Shown piece after piece: positions 57,382 through 64,000 of a DNA stretch of 64,000 nt. Position 1 is the stretch's first letter, and every line of letters begins with the position of its first letter. A program made the position numbers and the translations under genes. This DNA comes from Gemmatimonadales bacterium (GTDB lineage: Bacteria > Gemmatimonadota > Gemmatimonadetes > Gemmatimonadales > GWC2-71-9): the NCBI GenBank assembly GCA_052389555.1, contig JBQTHV010000172.1, forward strand, positions 326 to 64,325. Reading direction: 5' to 3'. Below the pieces are notes generated by a model. It was not told where the DNA came from. It ran no database searches and saw only the letters and a program-made list of their open reading frames with translations.

Positions 57382-58586
57382 TAACCCGCAGCGCGGGTTA
57401 GGCTATCGGCGGCCCCGGCCAGCGCCTGCTCGAGCGCTTCCTGGCTGGCCGGCCCCGCCGCGCCCTGGAGGACGCGATCGCCGCCGCCGCGCCCGCCGCC
57501 GAGCCGGTCGAGGGCCTGCCGGAAGGCGGGACCGAGGTCCACCGCGACCGACTCCGAGCGGCCGAACACCAGCTGGCAGCGAGGTCCGGTCGTGCCGAGC
57601 AGTGCGACGGTCTGCGGTTCCCCGGTGAGCCGGAGGGCCAGCGCCTTGAGCTCCTCGAGCGGCCGGGTGTCCCACGCGGCCACGACGAGCCGGTACGATC
57701 CCCGGGGAGCGGTGGCGAGCAGGCGGCTCGCCTCTTGATCCAGTTCGCGCTCCCGGTACTCGGTGAGCTCACGGCGCGCAATCCGGAGCGTCTCCTGCAT
57801 GCGGGTTATGGCCTCCTTGAGCTCGGCCGGGGCGCAGGTGAGCGCGGCGGCCAGCTCGCGCACGATGGCGCGCTTCCGGGCGTAGTCGGCGCGGGCCCGC
57901 TCGCCGGAGAGGAACTCGACCCGGGTTCCCCCTTTCTTCCGCTCGGCGCGCTGGACCGCGATGAGGCCGACCTCGCCGGTCGCGGCGACGTGGGTCCCCC
58001 CGCAGGGCGAGAGATCGAACTCGCCGATCGCGACCAGCCGCACCGGGCCGGCGACGTCCGGCTGTTTGCGCAGGGTTAACCCGCTGAGCTCGCTATCCGA
58101 CGGGAACCAGGCCCGGATCGCGAGGTTGCCCGCGACGATCCGGTTGGCGAGCGATTCGGCGTCCGCGATGCGCTCGTCGGGGAGGGACGCGGTGGCGAGA
58201 TCGATGCTGACGGTTTCCGCGCCGAGGTGAAAACTGACGGTCTCGGCACCGGCCGCCTGGAGGAAGGCCTGGGAAAGGATGTGCTGGCCGGTATGCTGCT
58301 GCATGTGATCGTAGCGGCGCGGCCAGTCGATCAGGCCGGCGACCGGACCCGGTTCGACCGGCGCATCGAGCACGTGCAGGACGGTCTGGTCGCCATCTCG
58401 CGCGATGACGTCGATGACCGCCGCCGAGCCGAGTCGCCCGGTGTCGTGGGGCTGTCCGCCCGAGGTCGGATAGAAGAGCGAACGATCCAGTACCGCGGTG
58501 GGGCGATCTCGAAGCGCCGTGGTTTCGATCACGGTCCCCTGGAACTCGCGGGTATAGGAATCGGAATAGTAGAGACGGTCAGTCAA
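57381..58586 (-). CDS. alaX: alanyl-tRNA editing protein AlaX-L (tRNA_SAD + DHHA1-like)
   Basis: HTGQHILS and CGGTH zinc motifs. Start taken at TTG 58586 (MTDRLYYSDSY), because the longer ORF to 58616 runs into the tRNA fragment. Confidence 0.85.
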   Translation of the reverse strand: MTDRLYYSDSYTREFQGTVIETTALRDRPTAVLDRSLFYPTSGGQPHDTGRLGSAAVIDVIARDGDQTVLHVLDAPVEPGPVAGLIDWPRRYDHMQQHTGQHILSQAFLQAAGAETVSFHLGAETVSIDLATASLPDERIADAESLANRIVAGNLAIRAWFPSDSELSGLTLRKQPDVAGPVRLVAIGEFDLSPCGGTHVAATGEVGLIAVQRAERKKGGTRVEFLSGERARADYARKRAIVRELAAALTCAPAELKEAITRMQETLRIARRELTEYRERELDQEASRLLATAPRGSYRLVVAAWDTRPLEELKALALRLTGEPQTVALLGTTGPRCQLVFGRSESVAVDLGPAFRQALDRLGGGRGGGDRVLQGAAGPASQEALEQALAGAADSLTRAAG

Positions 58587-58589
58587 GAG

Positions 58590-58633
58590 CGCGCCCTGAG
58601 GGACTCGAACCCCCAACCCTCAGATCCGAAGTC
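58590..58633 (-). other. 3' part of a tRNA gene (anticodon loop to acceptor end; probably tRNA-Arg TCG) = putative att repeat
   Basis: The minus strand reads CTTCGGA TCTGA GGGTT GGGGG TTCGAGT CCCTC AGGGCGC G, with no matching 5' half upstream. The same GCGCGCCCT string starts again at 63992 at the window edge. Confidence 0.55.
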
Positions 58634-58898
58634 GAGCCGGGTATCGGGTTCCATAGGGCAACTTTACCGCTTTCATAGGGGAAACGCGGGGAGGTTGCCT
58701 TATCCCGCCCCCCGATTGGTCGAAGATTTCCCCCTCAATCTATCCCACAAAATAGCCCACCCTGGAGGCGCTCGCTTCGAGGCCCCCCGGCAGGGGCATG
58801 CAAACGCCCGGGTGGCCGATGCGGGGGGGTGTGGCGGACCAACACCCCGCCCTCCGAAAATTTTTCCGAAGATTTTTTCCTGAAAGGAGTTTGCAGAA

Positions 58899-59421
58899 AT
58901 GCCGGGCAGTCCGAAAAAGAGCGCGAGTCTAGCGAAGCTTCTCCAGGGCATGTTTGAAGAAACCCTGGTGGACTACGCGGAAGGGGACCAACCCCTCCAG
59001 GCGGTGCTCAATAAGCAAGGCATTGTGATGATCGGTTGGCGTGCGTATCTGAAAGAGCATCCTGAGGCCAAAGCGGCTTGGGACGAAGTGAAACGGTATG
59101 GGGCCGAGGCGCTGGCGGAAGCGAGTCTGGGAATCGCGGACGGAGCGAGCAGGGAGAGTACGGCGCATGTGAGCAAGGGCCAAGCTCCAGGTAGCGGTGC
59201 GGCATTGGCTCACTTCCCGCTATGATCCCAAGCAATTCGGGACCAAAGGGGAAGCCGCCGTCAATATCGGGCGGCTCTTTCTAACAGCGGTGAAGGAAGT
59301 GAACGAGGCTGAAACTCGCGAACGGATCGCGGCGATGGAGAGGGAAAAGGCTCACTGGGCTGAGGCGCGGATCGAAGCTCCAGAGGCGGAACCTCCTACT
59401 GTCTCTGAGAGGCCCGGCTAA
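58899..59421 (+). pseudogene. phage terminase small subunit-like gene, frameshifted
   Basis: ORFs 58899..59225 and 59197..59421 join into one family-like sequence (...YGAEALAEASLGIADGA...AHVSK|AKLQVAVRHWLTSRYDPKQFGTKG) if one G of the GGG run at 59177-59179 is removed. AAAGGAG RBS upstream. Confidence 0.6.
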
Positions 59422-59426
59422 GATTC

Positions 59427-61106
<1,680 letters not shown>

Positions 61107-61246
61107 TCAGGGCGGAAAAGTCAGGAGGCGCAAGGGTTCGGGTCGCTAAGGGTCCGGCAAATCCGAAAGCCGCTTTGCAAGTGCTGATTCATCCCCTAGC
61201 TTTCATGTAGCTGGCGATTCCTGCCAGGATTCGTAGCGAAGGAGGG

Positions 61247-61987
61247 ATGGCGATGAGCTTCATGGTTCGAGCCATAGAGGACATCCGGCGTCAGCAAGAG
61301 ATGTTGGGGCATCTTGACCCGATGATCCAGTTCTACCGCGATGAAGCCCAGAGAAGTCGCTTCGAGCAGGAGGAGCGTTGGCTTCGAGATGCCGAGATAA
61401 TGCGGCACGGAGAGCTTCAGGCCGAAATGGCTCGAAAGGCGGAGCTTCAGGCCGAAGCGGCGAGGAGGACGGCTGTTGAGGCCGAAATGATTCGGCAAGC
61501 CCGTCGAGACGCTGAGGTTCAGGAGGCCGTCCGGCTTGAGGCTGAAGCCCGGAGATTCCAAGAACAGATCGAGAGTGAGCGATGGCTAGAACAGGAACGC
61601 CGGGCGGCAGAAGAGGCAAAGCTGAGGGAGCGCATCTTGAATCCGCTCGGGCTCTCCCCAGTCGGGCTGCATGCGCCTAGGCTTGGAGAGACAATCCAGG
61701 AGACACAGAACCAGGGCGGGAAAATCTTCGACACGGAACGGGAGGCGCGAGAAAGAGTCCTGACTGTCTCTACTCCTCCGCAGATACAGATACCTGATTG
61801 GATATTCGAGCGCCACCGGCCTCGCCGGGCTAAGCCAGTGTCGAAACCTATTCCAGCCCCGCAGGTTCAAACTCGGTGGCACCGATTCACTGCATTCGTT
61901 CAGCGCGAAGCGCATGAGCGCGGCGCAGTATGGGCCTTCTTCGGATTCCTACTCACTGCGCTCCTAACGATCATTGCCATGCTGTAG
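61247..61987 (+). CDS. coiled-coil protein with C-terminal transmembrane anchor, unknown function
   Basis: 246 aa. Long E/R/A-rich heptad region (AEMARKAELQAEAARRTAVEAEMIRQARRDAEVQEA...) and a tail anchor AVWAFFGFLLTALLTIIAML. Confidence 0.65.
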   Translation: MAMSFMVRAIEDIRRQQEMLGHLDPMIQFYRDEAQRSRFEQEERWLRDAEIMRHGELQAEMARKAELQAEAARRTAVEAEMIRQARRDAEVQEAVRLEAEARRFQEQIESERWLEQERRAAEEAKLRERILNPLGLSPVGLHAPRLGETIQETQNQGGKIFDTEREARERVLTVSTPPQIQIPDWIFERHRPRRAKPVSKPIPAPQVQTRWHRFTAFVQREAHERGAVWAFFGFLLTALLTIIAML

Positions 61988-61994
61988 GGCGGCC

Positions 61995-62330
61995 ATGACT
62001 TCCCTGACCCCGAGGATTCCGCCAGAGCTGCCTTCGGACGAGCCGGAGGAGGAAGAGCAACTAGATACTAGCCCCTTCTTCGAGTACCTAAAGACCGCCC
62101 AAGGCCACGAGGTCGCTACTCGGCTTCTGACCATCTTGGAGGACGTGAAGAAAGCGGCGCTCTCCCATACCTCGACTCTGGCGAAGCGAGAAACATGGTT
62201 CCATGTCGCCGTATTCTCAGTCGTCATCGGTGCGGCAGTAACCCTTGCGATCCTCGACAAGTTCAGTACGCCAGTAGGGATACTCTTAGGAACGCTCGTG
62301 GGGTACATCTTCGGGAAGAAGTCCGGCTAG
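61995..62330 (+). CDS. small membrane protein (acidic N-terminus, two C-terminal TM helices), unknown function
   Basis: ATG 61995, 8 nt after the upstream stop. WFHVAVFSVVIGAAVTLAIL and VGILLGTLVGYIFG helices. Confidence 0.6.
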   Translation: MTSLTPRIPPELPSDEPEEEEQLDTSPFFEYLKTAQGHEVATRLLTILEDVKKAALSHTSTLAKRETWFHVAVFSVVIGAAVTLAILDKFSTPVGILLGTLVGYIFGKKSG

Positions 62331-62837
62331 ATGTCGGACCTTGGCATTGCCCTCTTGCCGTGGTTCACTGTCTTAGGCCTCGGAACAATCCTCGGCGCTT
62401 TCTTCCAAGCTCGCTTTCAGCAGCGCTCCAAGATTCAGCGGTTGGAGCACGATCTGAAGCAGAAGCGGTATCTCTGCATTCTCATTCTGATGCTTACCAA
62501 GCTCAACCCGGAGATAGGACTGAAGCGCGTTCATGCGATTCGACCTGACCTGAAGTCGCTCATGGACGTTGAGCAGGAGCTACAGACAGAACTGCTGAAT
62601 GGAGTCATCTACGCTGGCAATGAGGTCCTGAAGACTCTCGCTCGCTTTCTGATGGAGCCCGACCAAAGCCGGTACGTCGAAGTCGCCAATGCAATGCGTG
62701 GAGACCTGTGGGGGAAGAAGGCAAGAGTAACCGAAGATTTTCTGGAGCTTGCCGGTCTCTTTCCTGACCTGAAACCTGCGCCTCTTCCTCCTCCAGCAAG
62801 ACGCCGCGGCGTCATCCACCCAGGCATACAGGCTTAG
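62331..62837 (+). CDS. N-terminally anchored membrane protein, unknown function
   Basis: The ATG directly abuts the upstream stop. IALLPWFTVLGLGTILGAFF helix followed by a ~140-aa helical domain. Confidence 0.6.
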   Translation: MSDLGIALLPWFTVLGLGTILGAFFQARFQQRSKIQRLEHDLKQKRYLCILILMLTKLNPEIGLKRVHAIRPDLKSLMDVEQELQTELLNGVIYAGNEVLKTLARFLMEPDQSRYVEVANAMRGDLWGKKARVTEDFLELAGLFPDLKPAPLPPPARRRGVIHPGIQA

Positions 62838-62969
62838 GACCCTCCGAAAGGACGGGTAGATGACGGAGCAGGACCTTGAACTCTACCGCAGGACAAGTAC
62901 GCCTACTTCCTACTTGCGGCTGCGGCATCCGGCATAGCTTTCGCGGTTCGCTTAACATCAGACTCCATC

Positions 62970-63296
62970 TTGCACTGGTCCCTAATCCCCATTGGAGCAG
63001 CAGTCCTCAGTTGGGGTTTGAGCTTCTACCACGGCTGCCAATACCTCCAGTACGTTCAGTCCCAGATGTTTGCCAATGCGAACCTCCTCCTCGCTCAACG
63101 TGGAGAAGGCCCTGTTTCGGGAATGGAGCCTTGGAAGAGGCAGGCAGCCGTAGAGGGCATTAGCGCCGCAATGAAGAAGAATGAGGAGGCGACGAAGAGG
63201 CATTATTCGCGGCAATTTCGCTCCCTGGTTGCTGGTGCAGTTCTATTCGTCGCTTGGCACGGCCTCGCCATAGTCCTCCGGTCACTAGGTAACTGA
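62970..63296 (+). CDS. multi-pass membrane protein, unknown function (5' end possibly frameshifted from ATG 62860)
   Basis: TTG 62970 is the only canonical start. An extra in-frame TM helix (YAYFLLAAAASGIAFAV) lies upstream with no start codon, and an RBS-preceded ATG at 62860 lies in another frame. Confidence 0.55.
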   Translation: MHWSLIPIGAAVLSWGLSFYHGCQYLQYVQSQMFANANLLLAQRGEGPVSGMEPWKRQAAVEGISAAMKKNEEATKRHYSRQFRSLVAGAVLFVAWHGLAIVLRSLGN

Positions 63297-63297
63297 C

Positions 63298-63672
63298 TTA
63301 GCGGCTCGGCTCGATTCCCTTCCGCCAGTAGTCAAGGCGAATCTCAGCGCGGGCGCACTTGTTGGGCTCGGCGCGCTCCGTCTCCAGCTCCGTGATGAGG
63401 CTGGTTAGAGCATCGGTTGTCAGCACTCGCCAAAGCCTGGATGAGTCGGGGTCCTGAATGGTGCCGAGCCGTATTAGCGACTCGGCACGTTTAGTCCTCC
63501 GTGCATACCGCTCCTCGCAGTCCTTTGCGATGGCTGCGGCCTGTGATGAATCAGCGCCGTACCACCAACCAGGGAAGTCACTGTTCGGTGGCGGTGCGGA
63601 TGCGCTTGGCTTGACAACGATCCAGGTCAGAATGAGAAGCCATACGGCTACGCTGGCGACGATTACTCGCAT
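63298..63672 (-). CDS. N-terminally anchored small protein, unknown function
   Basis: 124 aa. MRVIVASVAVWLLILTWIVV anchor followed by a helical soluble part. Confidence 0.55.
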   Translation of the reverse strand: MRVIVASVAVWLLILTWIVVKPSASAPPPNSDFPGWWYGADSSQAAAIAKDCEERYARRTKRAESLIRLGTIQDPDSSRLWRVLTTDALTSLITELETERAEPNKCARAEIRLDYWRKGIEPSR

Positions 63673-63762
63673 GGTTTCGGCTCCTTCTTTGGGCTGCCTG
63701 TTCGCTCACTAGCGACTGGCCGCAGTAAGCGACTAGCAATTGAGGGTCCGCTCGGAAGGAAT

Positions 63763-63942
63763 ATGCGACTTTTGCATAGGCTGTGGGCCTGTCAGCGAAA
63801 GCACCTCCCGGCCCGCGACGTTGCGACAGCGGGCGGCTGGAAGGACACTGCAACCCTTCAGCGGGTCTATGAGGCGGCCGACGTGGAAACTCTAGAGGCC
63901 GTGGTAAACGGTGCTCGGCGGGTGAAGGGAATCGTTCGATGA
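63763..63942 (+). pseudogene. tyrosine recombinase (integrase) C-terminal remnant
   Basis: ...LHRLWACQRKHLPARDVATAGGWKDTATLQRVYEAADVETLEAVV* resembles the box II / catalytic Tyr end of a GGWK-type integrase family. No upstream catalytic domain in any frame. Ends about 50 nt before the tRNA-like sequence at the window edge. Confidence 0.45.
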
Positions 63943-64000
63943 TTTCGAGGGCAATCTATCCCACCAAACTAGCCCAGTCAGAGCTAAGTCAGCGCGCCCT

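Noticed and set aside
58590-58680. A complete tRNA gene upstream of alaX
   Set aside because: The T-arm and acceptor 3' strand are present. However, no complementary 5' acceptor strand (GCGCCCT), D-arm or 5' anticodon stem exists upstream. I interpret it as an att duplication.

Overview
This is a high-GC bacterial chromosomal segment (about two-thirds G+C by eye), densely coding on both strands. The gene content includes 6-bladed beta-propeller lipoproteins, a giant BNR/sortilin-like protein, three tandem amidohydrolases, a long NagB-LmbE fusion and YpdA. It looks Gemmatimonadota/Acidobacteriota-like, which is inference only. I can support about 65 CDSs.

- Core metabolism: nadE-pncA, DUF1015-serA-serC, icd, galE, sseA, an ATP-dependent DNA ligase and alaX.
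- Arsenic operon: arsR-arsM-arsC.
- Peptidoglycan remodelling: a YcbB/LdtD-like gene with a YcbK/MepK-like gene, plus a VanX-like gene.
- Regulation: a VIT-vWA / ECF sigma / anti-sigma operon, and an OmpR regulator followed by only a HisKA stub.
- Other: transporters and a 5-tRNA cluster (His, Trp, Glu, Glu, Lys).

I saw no rRNA, CRISPR array or transposase.

Three signals are not explained by ordinary annotation:
1. The 9-10-mer CCTAACCCG(C/G) occurs about 38 times (manual count) where fewer than 1 is expected. It lies inside genes in several reading frames and in hairpin loops.
2. Several families of intergenic 'zipper' hairpins have arms built from tandem 7-13-nt words. Related octamer arrays are inserted in coding regions.
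3. The last 5.4 kb (58.6-64 kb) is a lower-GC, decaying integrative element at a tRNA 3' end. It carries a methyltransferase fused to an Mrr-like nuclease domain and an operon of small membrane/coiled-coil proteins of unknown function. This is my best candidate for an undescribed defence or exclusion module.

All functional calls come from reading the translated ORFs; no searches were run.
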